From sequence record PZ445521.1: DNA of 64,000 nt; one strand, 5' to 3'. Below are positions 22,901-32,749 of this stretch, one piece after another. A program made the position numbers and the translations under genes. Within the stretch, counting starts at the first letter, position 1; the number at the start of each line of letters is the position of its first letter. Origin of the DNA: a phage. The notes beneath the pieces are model-generated. The model was not told the origin of the DNA. It did no database searches and was given only the letters and a program-made list of their open reading frames with translations.

Positions 22901-23865
22901 GAGTTTGGGGAAATCAGTTTGGCGGCGGTTCAGATACAACACGTTCTACTGTATTTGAAGTTGGTGATGAAACATCTAATCACTTTTATTCTCAACGTAA
23001 TAAAGCTGGTAATATTACGTTTAGCATTAATGGTACTGTGATGCCAATAAATGTTAATGCTTCGGGTTCTTTAAATGCGAATGGCGTTGCAACATTTGGT
23101 AGTTCAGTTACAGCCAATGGTGAATTCATCAGCAAGTCTGCAAATGCTTTTAGAGCAATAAACGGTGATTATGGGTTCTTTATTCGCAATGATGCTGCTA
23201 ACACCTATTTTATGCTTACTGCATCGGGTGATCAGACTGGCGGATTTAATGGATTACGTCCTTTGTCTATTAACAATGCATCTGGTCAAGTAACGATCGG
23301 TGAAAGCTTAATCATTGCTAAAGGTGCTACTATAAATTCAGGTGGTTTGACTGTTAACTCGAGAATTCGTTCTCAGGGTACTAAAACATCTGATTTATAT
23401 ACCCGTGCACCAACATCTGATACGGTAGGATTCTGGTCAATTGATATTAACGATTCAGCTACTTATAACCAGTTCCCGGGTTATTTTAAAATGGTTGAAA
23501 AAACTAATGAAGTGACTGGACTTCCGTACTTAGAACGTGGCGAAGAAGTTAAATCTCCTGGTACACTGACACAGTTTGGTAACACACTTGATTCGCTTTA
23601 CCAAGATTGGATTACTTATCCAACGACACCAGAAGCGCGTACCACTCGCTGGACACGTACATGGCAGAAAACCAAAAACTCTTGGTCAAGTTTTGTTCAG
23701 GTATTTGACGGAGGTAACCCTCCTCAACCATCTGATATCGGTGCTTTACCATCTGATAATGCTACAATGGGGAATCTTACTATTCGTGATTTCTTACGAA
23801 TTGGTAATGTTCGCATTATTCCTGACCCAGTGAATAAAACGGTTAAATTTGAATGGGTTGAATAA
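19996..23865 (+). CDS. 34: gp34 long tail fiber proximal subunit
   Basis: 1289-aa ORF MAEIKRKFRAEDGLDAGGDKIINVAL...; internal (I)TPKKL/RGxAxIAT repeats. Confidence 0.95.
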   Translation: MAEIKRKFRAEDGLDAGGDKIINVALADRTVGTDGVNVDYLIQENTVQQYDPTRGYLKDFVIIYDNRFWAAINDIPKPAGAFNSGRWRALRTDANWITVSSGSYQLKSGEAISVNTAAGNDITFTLPSSPIDGDTIVLQDIGGKPGVNQVLIVAPVQSIVNFRGEQVRSVLMTHPKSQLVLIFSNRLWQMYVADYSREAVIVTPANTYQAQSNDFIVRRFTSAAPINVKLPRFANHGDIINFVDLDKLNPLYHTIVTTYDETTSVQEVGTHSIEGRTSIDGFLMFDDNEKLWRLFDGDSKARLRIITTNSNIRPNEEVMVFGANNGTTQTIELQLPTNISVGDTVKISMNYMRKGQTVKIKAAGEDKIASSVQLLQFPKRSEYPPETKWVTVQELVFNGETNYVPVLQLAYIEDSDGKYWVVQQNVPTVERVDSLNDSTRARLGVIALATQAQANVDLENSPQKELAITPETLANRTATETRRGIARIATTAQVNQNTTFSFADDLIITPKKLNERTATETRRGVAEIATQQETNTGTDDTTIITPKKLQARQGSESLSGIVTFVSTAGATPASSRELNGTNVYNKNTNNLVVSPKALDQYKATPTQQGAVILAVESEVIAGQSQEGWANAVVTPETLHKKTSTDARIGLIEIATQSEVNTGTDYTRAVTPKTLNDRRATESLSGIAEIATQVEFDAGVDDTRISTPLKIKTRFNSTDRTSVVALSGLVESGTLWDHYTLNILEANETQRGTLRVATQVEAAAGTLDNVLITPKKLLGTKSTESQEGVIKVATQSETVAGTSANTAVSPKNLKWIAQSEPTWAATTAIRGFVKTSSGSITFVGNDTVGSTQDLELYEKNSYAVSPYELNRVLANYLPLKAKAADTNLLDGLDSSQFIRRDIAQTVNGSLTLTQQTNLSAPLVSSSTATFGGSVSANSTLTISNTGTATRLIFEKGPQTGTNPAQTMTIRVWGNQFGGGSDTTRSTVFEVGDETSNHFYSQRNKAGNITFSINGTVMPINVNASGSLNANGVATFGSSVTANGEFISKSANAFRAINGDYGFFIRNDAANTYFMLTASGDQTGGFNGLRPLSINNASGQVTIGESLIIAKGATINSGGLTVNSRIRSQGTKTSDLYTRAPTSDTVGFWSIDINDSATYNQFPGYFKMVEKTNEVTGLPYLERGEEVKSPGTLTQFGNTLDSLYQDWITYPTTPEARTTRWTRTWQKTKNSWSSFVQVFDGGNPPQPSDIGALPSDNATMGNLTIRDFLRIGNVRIIPDPVNKTVKFEWVE

Positions 23866-23873
23866 GAGGTATT

Positions 23874-24989
23874 ATGGAAAAATTTATGGCAGAGTTTGGA
23901 CAAGGATATGTCCAAACGCCATTTTTATCGGAAAGCAATTCAGTAAGATATAAAATAAGCATAGCGGGTTCTTGCCCGCTTTCTACAGCAGGACCATACG
24001 TTAAATTTCAGGATAATCCTGTAGGAAGTCAAACATTTAGCGCAGGCCTTCATTTAAGAGTTTTTGACCCTTCCACCGGAGCATTAGTTGATAGTAAATC
24101 ATATGCTTTTTCGACTTCAAATGATACTACATCAGCTGCCTTTGTTAGTTTCATGAATTCTTTGACGAATAATCGAATTGTTGCTATATTAACTAACGGA
24201 AAGGTTAATTTTCCTCCTGAAGTAGTATCTTGGTTAAGAATCGCCGGAACGTCTGCTTTTCCATCTGACTCTATATTGTCAAGATTCGACGTATCATATG
24301 CTGCTTTTTATACTTCTTCTAAAAGAGCTATTGCATTAGAGCATGTTAAACTGAGTAATAGAAAAAGCACAGATGATTATCAAACTATTTTAGATGTTGT
24401 ATTTGACAGTTTAGAAGACGTCGGAGCTACCGGGTTTCCAAGAAGAACGTATGAAAGCGTTGAGCAATTCATGTCAGCGGTTGGTGGAACTAATAACGAA
24501 ATTGCGCGTCTACCAACTTCAGCTGCTATAAGTAAACTCTCTGATTATAATTTAATTCCTGGTGACGTTCTTTATCTTAAAGCCCAGTTATATGCTGATG
24601 CCGATTTACTTGCTCTTGGAACAACAAATATATCTATCCGTTTTTATAATGCATCTAACGGATATATTTCCTCGACACAAGCTGAGTTTACTGGACAAGC
24701 TGGGTCTTGGGAATTAAAGGAAGATTATGTAGTTGTTCCAGAAAATGCAGTTGGATTTACGATATATGCACAAAGAACTGCTCAAGCGGGACAAGGCGGT
24801 ATGCGAAATTTAAGCTTTTCTGAAGTATCAAGAAATGGCGGAATTTCAAAACCCGCTGAATTTGGCGTCAACGGCATTCGTGTTAATTATATCTGTGAAT
24901 CTGCTTCACCTCCGGATATAATGGTACTTCCTACACAAGCATCGTCTAAAACTGGTAAAGTGTTTGGGCAAGAATTTAGAGAAGTATAA
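23874..24989 (+). CDS. 35: gp35 long tail fiber hinge connector
   Basis: 371-aa ORF immediately after 34. Confidence 0.9.
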   Translation: MEKFMAEFGQGYVQTPFLSESNSVRYKISIAGSCPLSTAGPYVKFQDNPVGSQTFSAGLHLRVFDPSTGALVDSKSYAFSTSNDTTSAAFVSFMNSLTNNRIVAILTNGKVNFPPEVVSWLRIAGTSAFPSDSILSRFDVSYAAFYTSSKRAIALEHVKLSNRKSTDDYQTILDVVFDSLEDVGATGFPRRTYESVEQFMSAVGGTNNEIARLPTSAAISKLSDYNLIPGDVLYLKAQLYADADLLALGTTNISIRFYNASNGYISSTQAEFTGQAGSWELKEDYVVVPENAVGFTIYAQRTAQAGQGGMRNLSFSEVSRNGGISKPAEFGVNGIRVNYICESASPPDIMVLPTQASSKTGKVFGQEFREV

Positions 24990-24994
24990 ATTGA

Positions 24995-25017
24995 GGGAGC
25001 CTTCGGGTTCCCTTTTT
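24995..25017 (+). terminator. rho-independent terminator after gene 35
   Basis: gggagcc-ttcg-ggttccc hairpin followed by TTTTT. Confidence 0.65.
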
Positions 25018-25020
25018 CTT

Positions 25021-25028
25021 TATAAATA
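25021..25028 (+). promoter_or_regulatory. late promoter TATAAATA for gene 36
   Basis: Exact TATAAATA 24 nt upstream of gene 36 ATG. Confidence 0.7.
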
Positions 25029-25051
25029 CTATTAAAATAAAGGGGCATACA

Positions 25052-25717
25052 ATGGCTGATTTAAAAGTAGGTTCAACAACTGGAGGCTCTGTCATTTGGC
25101 ATCAAGGAAATTTTCCATTGAATCCGGCCGGTGACGATGTACTCTATAAATCATTTAAAATATATTCAGAATATAACAAACCACAAGCTGCAGATAACGA
25201 TTTCGTTTCTAAAGCTAACGGTGGTACTTATGCATCAAAGGTAACATTTAATGCTGGTGTTCAAGTACCATATGCTATAAACAATACAAACCAAAGTGGT
25301 ATTTATCCTGGTAATGGAGATGCAGCTACTTTTGTTACAGCAAATATTGATATTGTTTCATGGTATGGCGTAGGATTTAAATCATCACAAGGATCTGCCG
25401 GTAGAACTGTAGTAATTAATACACGCAATGGTGATATTAGCACAAAAGGTGTTGTGTCGGCAGCTGGTCAAGTAAGAAGTGATGCGGCTGCTCCTATAGC
25501 AGCGAATGACCTTACTAGAAAGGACTATGTTGATGGAGCAATAAATACTGTTACAACAAATGCAAACTCTAGAGTGTTACGATCTGGTGACACTATGACG
25601 GGAAACTTAACCGCACCAAACTTTTTCTCGCAGAATCCTGCATCTCAACCTTCACATGTTCCACGATTTGACCAAATCGTAATTAAGGATTCTGTTCAAG
25701 ATTTCGGCTATTATTAA
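25052..25717 (+). CDS. 36: gp36 long tail fiber distal connector
   Basis: 221-aa ORF. Confidence 0.9.
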   Translation: MADLKVGSTTGGSVIWHQGNFPLNPAGDDVLYKSFKIYSEYNKPQAADNDFVSKANGGTYASKVTFNAGVQVPYAINNTNQSGIYPGNGDAATFVTANIDIVSWYGVGFKSSQGSAGRTVVINTRNGDISTKGVVSAAGQVRSDAAAPIAANDLTRKDYVDGAINTVTTNANSRVLRSGDTMTGNLTAPNFFSQNPASQPSHVPRFDQIVIKDSVQDFGYY

Positions 25718-25725
25718 GAGGACTT

Positions 25726-28700
25726 ATGGCTACTTTAAAACAAATACAATTTAAAAGAAGCAAAACCGCAGGTGCACGTCCTGCTGCTTCAGTATTAGCC
25801 GAAGGTGAATTGGCTATAAATTTAAAAGATAGAACAATTTTTACTAAAGACGATTCAGGAAATATCATTGACTTAAGCATTTCCGCTGGCGGTAATATCA
25901 GTGGTAATATCACTCAAACTGGTGATTATACACAGACTGGAAAATTTAATTTAATTGGCCCGCAGATTATAGCAAGTGGTGGATATATTGAGTTTAATTA
26001 TCGTACTACTGGAAGTGGGGCTTGGTCCGGTCAACACACTGCAAAGGCTCCAATTTTTGTAGATTTAAGCTCAGCTACTTCCACATCTGAATATAATCCT
26101 ATAATTAAACAGCGCTTTAAAGATGGAACTTTTTCATTAGGTACTTTAGTTTCTGAAGGTTCGTTGAAGATTCATTATATTGATGAAACTGGTCAATCTA
26201 AATATTGGACATTTGCGCGCTCAGGTAATTTTCAAGTTGATTCTGGTAATTTATTAGTATCTGGTGGGTATTTAGTCGCTCAGAGTAATATTGAAACAAG
26301 AACAGGTTCTTTGATTGGTCCATCTGTTGTAACTAAAAATATTTCATTTGATACGAAAGCGTTTGGACAATACGATTCGCAGTCATTAGTTCAATATGTT
26401 TATCCTGGAACTGGTGAAACAAACGGAATTAATTACCTTCGTAAATTCCGTGCAAAATCTGGTGGTACGATTTATCATGAATTAGCTTCTGCACAAACCG
26501 GAAAAAGTGATGAACTGTCTTGGTGGACCGGTAATACAGCCGTTAATAAACAAATGGGCCTTCGCAATGATGGGTCTTTAGTGTTGCGACGCTCACTCGC
26601 AATTGGTACAATTACAACAGATGAAAACATTAATAATTACGGCTCAACTGGAGCAATGGGTGAATGCTATATAGTCATTGGAGATGCCGCAACTGGTGTA
26701 TCATATAAAAGATCTGGTGTATATGATTTAGTTGCTAATGGTCTTTCTATCGCGTCTATTACTCCTGACAGTTTCCGTAGTACTCGTAAAGCATTATTTG
26801 GACGTTCAGAAGACCAAGGCGGAACATGGAATATGCCTGGAACGAACGCCGCGTTTTTATCGGTTCAAACACAGGCTGATGAAAACACTGCTGGAGACGG
26901 TCAAACCCATATTGGATATAACTCTGGCGGTAAAATGAACCACTATTTCCGTGGTAAAGGAAAAACTAATATTAATACTCAAGAAGGCATGGAAGTTAAC
27001 CCGGGTATTTTGAAATTGGTAACTGGCTCTAATAATGTAATGTTTTATGCTGATGGCGGTATTACATCTGTTAAGCAGCTTTCAATATATAACGGCATAT
27101 ATTTAGCAGCTAATAATTCTACTGCTGGGCTAACATTCGCTCCAACTACTACAATTGATGGCACTAAGCAAATTTTGTGGGAAGGCGGTACTCGTGCTGG
27201 TCAGAATAAAAGCTATGTAACTGTTAAAGCATGGGGTAATTCATTTAACGCATCTGGCGATCGTAATCGTGAAACGGTTTTTGAAGTAGCTGATGGACAA
27301 GGATATTATTTTTATTCACAGCGTGTGGCTCCAAGTGGCTCTGAAACTACTGGGCCTGTTGTAACCCAGTTCAATGGACAAGTTAATGCTAGAGGAAGTA
27401 TTATTACTGACGGAAGTTTTAAAGTTAATGGATTAAGCACTTTAGTCGGTAATGTTACCATGTCTAATGGTTTGTTTGTTCAAGGTGGTTCTTCTATTAC
27501 AGGCCAAGTAAAAATTGGTGGAACAGCAGATGCATTAAGAATTTGGAATGCTGAATACGGGGCTATTTTCCGTCGTTCTGAAGATAAGCTTTATATTATT
27601 CCAACTCCGCAGAATGCTGGTGAATCAGGTGGTATTTCTAATTTACGTCCGTTCTATATTACATTAAGTACTGGTAAAGTTTCCATGGATCATGATGTAG
27701 ATATCGGCGGCGGTAGATTTAAAGTAGAAGTGGCTGGAACTACGGCTGGTCAACGTATTATAGTTAATGCAGCGAGCGATGCTATTAGAATAAATGCTCC
27801 AACACAAGAGTCTTCTAACTTCATTCAAGGACGTAAGGCTGATGTGAATAAATGGTATTTGGGTATTGGCGATGGCGGCAACGTCGTTCGTATGCACAGC
27901 TACACATATTCACATGGTATTGCATTAAATTCTGATTCTGTCGATATTACTAAGCCTCTTAAAGTCGGAAACGCCCAACTAGGAACTGACGGTAATATTA
28001 CCAATGGTTCAGGAAACTTTGCCAACTTAAATACCACGTTAAATCGTAAAGTTAATTCTGGATTTATTACTTATGGAGCAACCTCTGGATGGTATAAGTT
28101 TGCAACTGTAACAATGCCACAATCCACTTCAACAGTCTTCTTTAAAATAGTTGGAGGTTCTGGATTTAATAGCGGATTATTCACACAATGTAATATTGCT
28201 GAAATTGTTTTACGTACTAGTAATGAAAGACCTGCTGACTTAAATGCTGCATTATACACAAGAACAATTGGAGCTGCATTTAAAGATATTGCAGTTAATA
28301 ACGTCTCTGGAGATACATATGACATTTATGTTTCTGCTGGAACATATTGTAATCAATTAGCTTGTGAGTGGTCATGTACCGAAAATGCTACTGTTAGTGT
28401 TATTGGTATTAACTCATCTACACAATCACCTGTAGATGCTCTTCCAGATACAGCAGTTAACGGTCAAGTTGCTAATGTTCTTAATAACTTGGTTGATCGC
28501 GGTAAAGTTAAGCGTTATGAAGCCGATTCTGAAATAGCTATTAATAGCCCAACCGGTATTCGTATCAGAAGCAATGGCGATAAAACTGGTTCTGTGGCTA
28601 CAATGTTACGAAATGATGGCGGTAGTTTTTATATTCTGTTTACAGATAAAAATGCCACCGATGGCGCAGCAACTGTTAATGGTGATTGGAATAGTAAACG

Positions 28701-29487
28701 TCCTTTCGCAATTAACTTAACAACCGGCGAAGTGATGATGAATAATGGCATAGCTGTTCGCAGCGCTGCTTTATTCTATAATAGCATAAACGTCAAAGAT
28801 AATGGTTCTATTAACTTTGATAAATCAGGTGCTAACCCGAGAAATATGAGAATATTTCATGCTGGCGATGCTTCTCGCGGTAACCGTATTGAAATTGCCG
28901 ATGAAACTAACTATATTGCTTACTTTGAAAAAACTCCAGGTGGAGCTAACCGCTTTGTAGTAAATAATGCTACTGTGGCTGGTGTTAATCAAATGAATTC
29001 ATTTGGTATTAACATCAATAACGCACTTGGTGGAAACAGTATAGCATTTGGTGATAATGACACTGGCATTAAACAATCCGGTGACGGACTTCTTGATATC
29101 ATTACTAACGCCGCACGACGAATGAGATTCCAGACGGGTGACACTTATTCTGACATGAATATAAATGCTCCAAACGTTTATATTCGTTCTGATATTCGTT
29201 TGAAATCTAATTTCAGACCTATTGAAAATGCTCTTGAAAAGGTTGAGCAGCTTGATGGTTTAATCTATGATAAAGCTGACTATATAGGTGGTGAAATTGT
29301 TCAGACTGAAGCAGGTGTTATTGCTCAGAAATTGAACGAAGTATTACCTGAAGCAGTTCGTGAAGTTGAAGATATTAAGGGTAATAAAATACTCACTATT
29401 TCTTCTCAATCCCAGATTGCTCTTCTAGTTGAAGCTGTGAAAACACTTTCTGCTCGTGTAAAAGAACTTGAATCTAAACTTATGTAA
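25726..29487 (+). CDS. 37: gp37 long tail fiber distal subunit (T2-type, 1253 aa)
   Basis: ORF MATLKQIQFKRSKTAGARPAASVLAEGELAINLKD...; followed by separate gp38 adhesin. Confidence 0.9.
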   Translation: MATLKQIQFKRSKTAGARPAASVLAEGELAINLKDRTIFTKDDSGNIIDLSISAGGNISGNITQTGDYTQTGKFNLIGPQIIASGGYIEFNYRTTGSGAWSGQHTAKAPIFVDLSSATSTSEYNPIIKQRFKDGTFSLGTLVSEGSLKIHYIDETGQSKYWTFARSGNFQVDSGNLLVSGGYLVAQSNIETRTGSLIGPSVVTKNISFDTKAFGQYDSQSLVQYVYPGTGETNGINYLRKFRAKSGGTIYHELASAQTGKSDELSWWTGNTAVNKQMGLRNDGSLVLRRSLAIGTITTDENINNYGSTGAMGECYIVIGDAATGVSYKRSGVYDLVANGLSIASITPDSFRSTRKALFGRSEDQGGTWNMPGTNAAFLSVQTQADENTAGDGQTHIGYNSGGKMNHYFRGKGKTNINTQEGMEVNPGILKLVTGSNNVMFYADGGITSVKQLSIYNGIYLAANNSTAGLTFAPTTTIDGTKQILWEGGTRAGQNKSYVTVKAWGNSFNASGDRNRETVFEVADGQGYYFYSQRVAPSGSETTGPVVTQFNGQVNARGSIITDGSFKVNGLSTLVGNVTMSNGLFVQGGSSITGQVKIGGTADALRIWNAEYGAIFRRSEDKLYIIPTPQNAGESGGISNLRPFYITLSTGKVSMDHDVDIGGGRFKVEVAGTTAGQRIIVNAASDAIRINAPTQESSNFIQGRKADVNKWYLGIGDGGNVVRMHSYTYSHGIALNSDSVDITKPLKVGNAQLGTDGNITNGSGNFANLNTTLNRKVNSGFITYGATSGWYKFATVTMPQSTSTVFFKIVGGSGFNSGLFTQCNIAEIVLRTSNERPADLNAALYTRTIGAAFKDIAVNNVSGDTYDIYVSAGTYCNQLACEWSCTENATVSVIGINSSTQSPVDALPDTAVNGQVANVLNNLVDRGKVKRYEADSEIAINSPTGIRIRSNGDKTGSVATMLRNDGGSFYILFTDKNATDGAATVNGDWNSKRPFAINLTTGEVMMNNGIAVRSAALFYNSINVKDNGSINFDKSGANPRNMRIFHAGDASRGNRIEIADETNYIAYFEKTPGGANRFVVNNATVAGVNQMNSFGININNALGGNSIAFGDNDTGIKQSGDGLLDIITNAARRMRFQTGDTYSDMNINAPNVYIRSDIRLKSNFRPIENALEKVEQLDGLIYDKADYIGGEIVQTEAGVIAQKLNEVLPEAVREVEDIKGNKILTISSQSQIALLVEAVKTLSARVKELESKLM

Positions 29488-29488
29488 A

Positions 29489-29517
29489 AGAGGGCTTCGG
29501 CCCTCTAAGGATTTTTT
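29489..29517 (+). promoter_or_regulatory. UUCG stem-loop between 37 and 38 overlapping gene 38 RBS region
   Basis: agagggc-ttcg-gccctct hairpin then aaggatttttt; ATG of 38 at 29519. Confidence 0.5.
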
Positions 29518-29518
29518 A

Positions 29519-30304
29519 ATGGCAATTGTAGGTGTTCCTGGCTGGATTGGTGAATCTGCCGTGAATGAAACTGGACAACGTTGGATGGATGCTGCAATGA
29601 GAGCAGTCCGTGTTTCAGTTCCCGGTTGGATGAGCTCAATGGCCGGACAATCTAAAGAAGTATATTATAGCATTGGTGCTAGTAATTCTTATAATAAAGA
29701 TACATTAATAAACTGGATAAAAGCACAAGGGTCCACGCCTGTTGTTATTACTATTACAGGAAATATTGTTTCTCAATCTACTGGTGTTCCATGCTTAGAT
29801 TTTCCTAGCTCATTAACTAATGCATACGTGACACTTAATATCAATTCAGGCGTGCATGTTTGGGGCCGTGGCGGGAATGGCGGAAATAACTCTGCAGGTG
29901 GAGCAGGAGGAACTGCAATAAATAATGGAATTGGAACTAGATTGCGTATTAACAACAATGGTGTTATCGCAGGAGGCGGTGGCGGCGGTGGCGGCGGATA
30001 TTATTCTCCTTTTTCACAAATGAAATTGACTTTTGGCGGTGGCGGCGGTCGTCCATTTGGTGCTGCTGGCGGGTCTGCTAATATGGAACAGGGCGCTACT
30101 GCTGGTACTATTTCTGCACCTGGTAAAGGGTCTGTCAATGGTATCTATAATGGCGGGAATGGCGGTGATGCTGGTGCCGCAGGTGGTAAATGTAATATTC
30201 GTGGGCAAGGATCAGAATATAACGGCGGTGCGGCTGGTAAAGCTGTTACTGGTAATGCTCCAACTTGGACTAAGGTTGGTACAATATATGGTTCAAGAGT
30301 ATAA
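29519..30304 (+). CDS. 38: gp38 tail fiber adhesin with glycine-rich motifs (T2/T6 type)
   Basis: 261 aa from MAIVGVPGWIGESAVNETGQRW.. with GGGGGGGGGYY and GGGGGRPFGAAGG glycine-rich blocks; track ORF has 17-codon upstream extension. Confidence 0.85.
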   Translation: MAIVGVPGWIGESAVNETGQRWMDAAMRAVRVSVPGWMSSMAGQSKEVYYSIGASNSYNKDTLINWIKAQGSTPVVITITGNIVSQSTGVPCLDFPSSLTNAYVTLNINSGVHVWGRGGNGGNNSAGGAGGTAINNGIGTRLRINNNGVIAGGGGGGGGGYYSPFSQMKLTFGGGGGRPFGAAGGSANMEQGATAGTISAPGKGSVNGIYNGGNGGDAGAAGGKCNIRGQGSEYNGGAAGKAVTGNAPTWTKVGTIYGSRV

Positions 30305-30336
30305 TTTTTGAATAAATATCCTTAAAAGGAGGGTCT

Positions 30337-30993
30337 ATGGCAGCACCTAGAATATCATTTTCGCCCTCTGATATTCTATTTGGTGTTCTAGATCGCTTGT
30401 TCAAAGATAACGCTACCGGGAAAGTTCTTGCTTCCCGGGTAGCTGTCGTAATTCTTTTATTTATGATGGCGATTGTTTGGTATAGGGGAGATAGTTTCTT
30501 TGAGTACTATAAGCAATCAAAGTATGAAACATACAGTGAAATTATTGAAAAGGAAAGAAATGCACGCTTTGAATCTGTCGCCCTGGAACAACTCCAGATA
30601 GTTCATATATCATCTGAGGCAGACTTTAGTGCGGTGTATTCTTTCCGCCCTAAAAACTTAAACTATTTTGTTGATATTATAGCATATGAAGGAAAATTAC
30701 CTTCAACAATAAGTGAAAAATCACTTGGAGGATATCCTGTTGACAAAACTATGGATGAATATGCAGTCCATTTAAATGGACGTCATTATTATTCTGACTC
30801 AAAATTTGCTTTTTTACCAACTAAAAAGCCTACTCCCGAAATAAACTACATGTACAGTTGTCCATATTTTAATTTGGATAATATCTATGCTGGAACGATA
30901 ACCATGTACTGGTATAGAAATGATCATATAAGTAATGACCGCCTTGAATCAATATGTGCTCAGGCGGCCAGAATATTAGGAAGGGCTAAATAA
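30337..30993 (+). CDS. t: holin T
   Basis: 218-aa ORF with single N-proximal TM (VAVVILLFMMAIVWY) and large C-terminal domain. Confidence 0.9.
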   Translation: MAAPRISFSPSDILFGVLDRLFKDNATGKVLASRVAVVILLFMMAIVWYRGDSFFEYYKQSKYETYSEIIEKERNARFESVALEQLQIVHISSEADFSAVYSFRPKNLNYFVDIIAYEGKLPSTISEKSLGGYPVDKTMDEYAVHLNGRHYYSDSKFAFLPTKKPTPEINYMYSCPYFNLDNIYAGTITMYWYRNDHISNDRLESICAQAARILGRAK

Positions 30994-31266
30994 TTATTTG
31001 TTCGTATACATCTCTAGATATCGATATACACCCTCAAAACCCTCGTTGAATTCGTCGATGAGGGTTTTCTTATCTTCTTGAGTTAATTCAGAAACAATTT
31101 TACGGAATGAATTCTGATTTAACTTTCTACCTTCATGCGTTACTCCAATCTCATTCAGAAATGCAATAAAATTAGCACGATTCTCAACAATATCTTCTCT
31201 GGAAAATTTAATTAAAATAGACGCAACAGTAATAATTTCACGAACTGTATCAATGTTTTTATTCAT
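30994..31266 (-). CDS. asiA: AsiA anti-sigma70 factor
   Basis: 90-aa ORF MNKNIDTVREIITVASILIKFSREDIVENRANFIAFLNEIGVTHEGRKL... matches T4 AsiA. Confidence 0.95.
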   Translation of the reverse strand: MNKNIDTVREIITVASILIKFSREDIVENRANFIAFLNEIGVTHEGRKLNQNSFRKIVSELTQEDKKTLIDEFNEGFEGVYRYLEMYTNK

Positions 31267-31278
31267 TAACTATACCAC

Positions 31279-31431
31279 TCAATTAGTTGACTTTGTTATA
31301 ATATCATCAGACGCTTGATTTGTAAACTGGTCTGTGTTATTTTCTTCAAAAATTTTTTCTACGAATTCTTTGAACGACTCACGTTCCTGAGCTACATTAT
31401 GCTCGATTACCTTTTCAAGATTATGACTCAT
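31279..31431 (-). CDS. hypothetical small protein (50 aa), not in ORF track
   Basis: ATG overlapping arn stop (ATGA); MSHNLEKVIEHNVAQERESFKEFVEKIFEENNTDQFTNQASDDIITKSTN. Confidence 0.45.
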   Translation of the reverse strand: MSHNLEKVIEHNVAQERESFKEFVEKIFEENNTDQFTNQASDDIITKSTN

Positions 31432-31706
31432 TCGAAATAATCTTCAATTTCATAATCATGGACATAAATCATTATAGTTTTTAATACATCATCAATACTT
31501 TTTCCTGGAGCTGGAATTACGTAAAAATACCCTGCTTTTGAGAGGTCTTTATAAGTTCCAATCAAGAAATCATTATTCTCAAGATGTAGTTCTTCAACTA
31601 ATTCATTAACAATTGAGTGGTATAAATTTGGTAGAAACTTATATAGCTTTTCTAGAATATCAATTTTGATTGTATATTGAACCACAGACTGAGAATCAAT
31701 AATCAT
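31428..31706 (-). CDS. arn: Arn anti-restriction protein (McrBC inhibitor)
   Basis: 92-aa acidic ORF adjacent to asiA as in T4. Confidence 0.8.
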   Translation of the reverse strand: MIIDSQSVVQYTIKIDILEKLYKFLPNLYHSIVNELVEELHLENNDFLIGTYKDLSKAGYFYVIPAPGKSIDDVLKTIMIYVHDYEIEDYFE

Positions 31707-31789
31707 AGACCTTCCCCTTATGTTTCTGTTTGCGATTAGATTCTTTAAACGCTTTCTTCTTATCCTTATGAACAGAAGCTTTATTGAAA

Positions 31790-32008
31790 TTATGTTTTGC
31801 GACTAAATTGTTCATAGTGCTGAATTACCTCTCTCAAACATTTGCATGTGAATGAAAACTTTTTAGCTACACCACATTCAAATATATGTTCTCTTAAATC
31901 GTGTGTATCCGTATATCCCATCTCAACAATAAAATGCCGTATTAGATTTTTATCTTTATCATTGAGATAATTAAAATAATCAGATTTTGAATTAATTTCC
32001 CTGGCCAA
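31790..32008 (-). CDS. hypothetical protein (arn-motA cluster)
   Basis: ORF track. Confidence 0.45.
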   Translation of the reverse strand: MAREINSKSDYFNYLNDKDKNLIRHFIVEMGYTDTHDLREHIFECGVAKKFSFTCKCLREVIQHYEQFSRKT

Positions 32009-32288
32009 ATTGAATCACCTTCAGTTGACGTTTTAATTCTTTTATCATTTCTTCGTTCATCGCAATATAAAGATCGCGTAAAGCAGGTTTTAGCATGTCA
32101 TTTATTATAGAACTAAATGGACATACATAATCTTTTCCTACGAGCTTTTTGGTGAATTCCATATCACAGAACTTAAATCCCGGCTCATTGGTATAAATTC
32201 CCCAATTAGTTGACATCATTTTATTGGCATATTCTAGTGCCTGGATTTGATTCATAATTCCATCAATTTGAAACTTTTTAATATTCAT
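31992..32288 (-). CDS. hypothetical protein (arn-motA cluster)
   Basis: ORF track. Confidence 0.5.
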   Translation of the reverse strand: MNIKKFQIDGIMNQIQALEYANKMMSTNWGIYTNEPGFKFCDMEFTKKLVGKDYVCPFSSIINDMLKPALRDLYIAMNEEMIKELKRQLKVIQFGQGN

Positions 32289-32749
32289 TAGTAAAGGTCC
32301 TCAGAGTAAAGTTCTTTTTCACTACCACCACGTTCAATACGTACTTGTCCAGCGTAAGTTGCAATAATCATTGCTTCTTCGCGAGTCCAATAATTACTAT
32401 ATTGGTCAATAAATCCTTGGTCATCATCACAAACTTGCTGAGTAACTAATTGGGGTTTAACTACATCTAAAACTGCTGCCATATCTTTAGAATAATGACG
32501 AGCACCTGGAATAATAAGAGTTCGTCCATCTTTTAATTTAAAACGGTTGGCTGCACAGACAATTCGTCGTTGATACTTTTGATTTTCATCCCAGTACGCA
32601 GTCTGCCAACAAATTTCAGGAACTTCTTTCAGAATATCTTCTTCTGTGCATTTATAACCATGTGCTTTAAACTTTTGAACAAGACTTTCTGGAGTTTCAC
32701 GAGATAAAGGAACATTCAGCATTTTTAAACGATTAATAAATGGGTTCAT
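32288..32749 (-). CDS. hypothetical protein (arn-motA cluster)
   Basis: ORF track, 153 aa. Confidence 0.5.
   Translation of the reverse strand: MNPFINRLKMLNVPLSRETPESLVQKFKAHGYKCTEEDILKEVPEICWQTAYWDENQKYQRRIVCAANRFKLKDGRTLIIPGARHYSKDMAAVLDVVKPQLVTQQVCDDDQGFIDQYSNYWTREEAMIIATYAGQVRIERGGSEKELYSEDLY

Noticed and set aside
29960-30060. GC-rich GGN tandem repeats that could look like a simple repeat or CRISPR-like array
   Set aside because: They encode the glycine runs of gp38; no spacer-repeat structure
30311-30318. AATAAATA upstream of holin t as a late promoter
   Set aside because: One mismatch from the strict TATAAATA late consensus; kept only as a possibility
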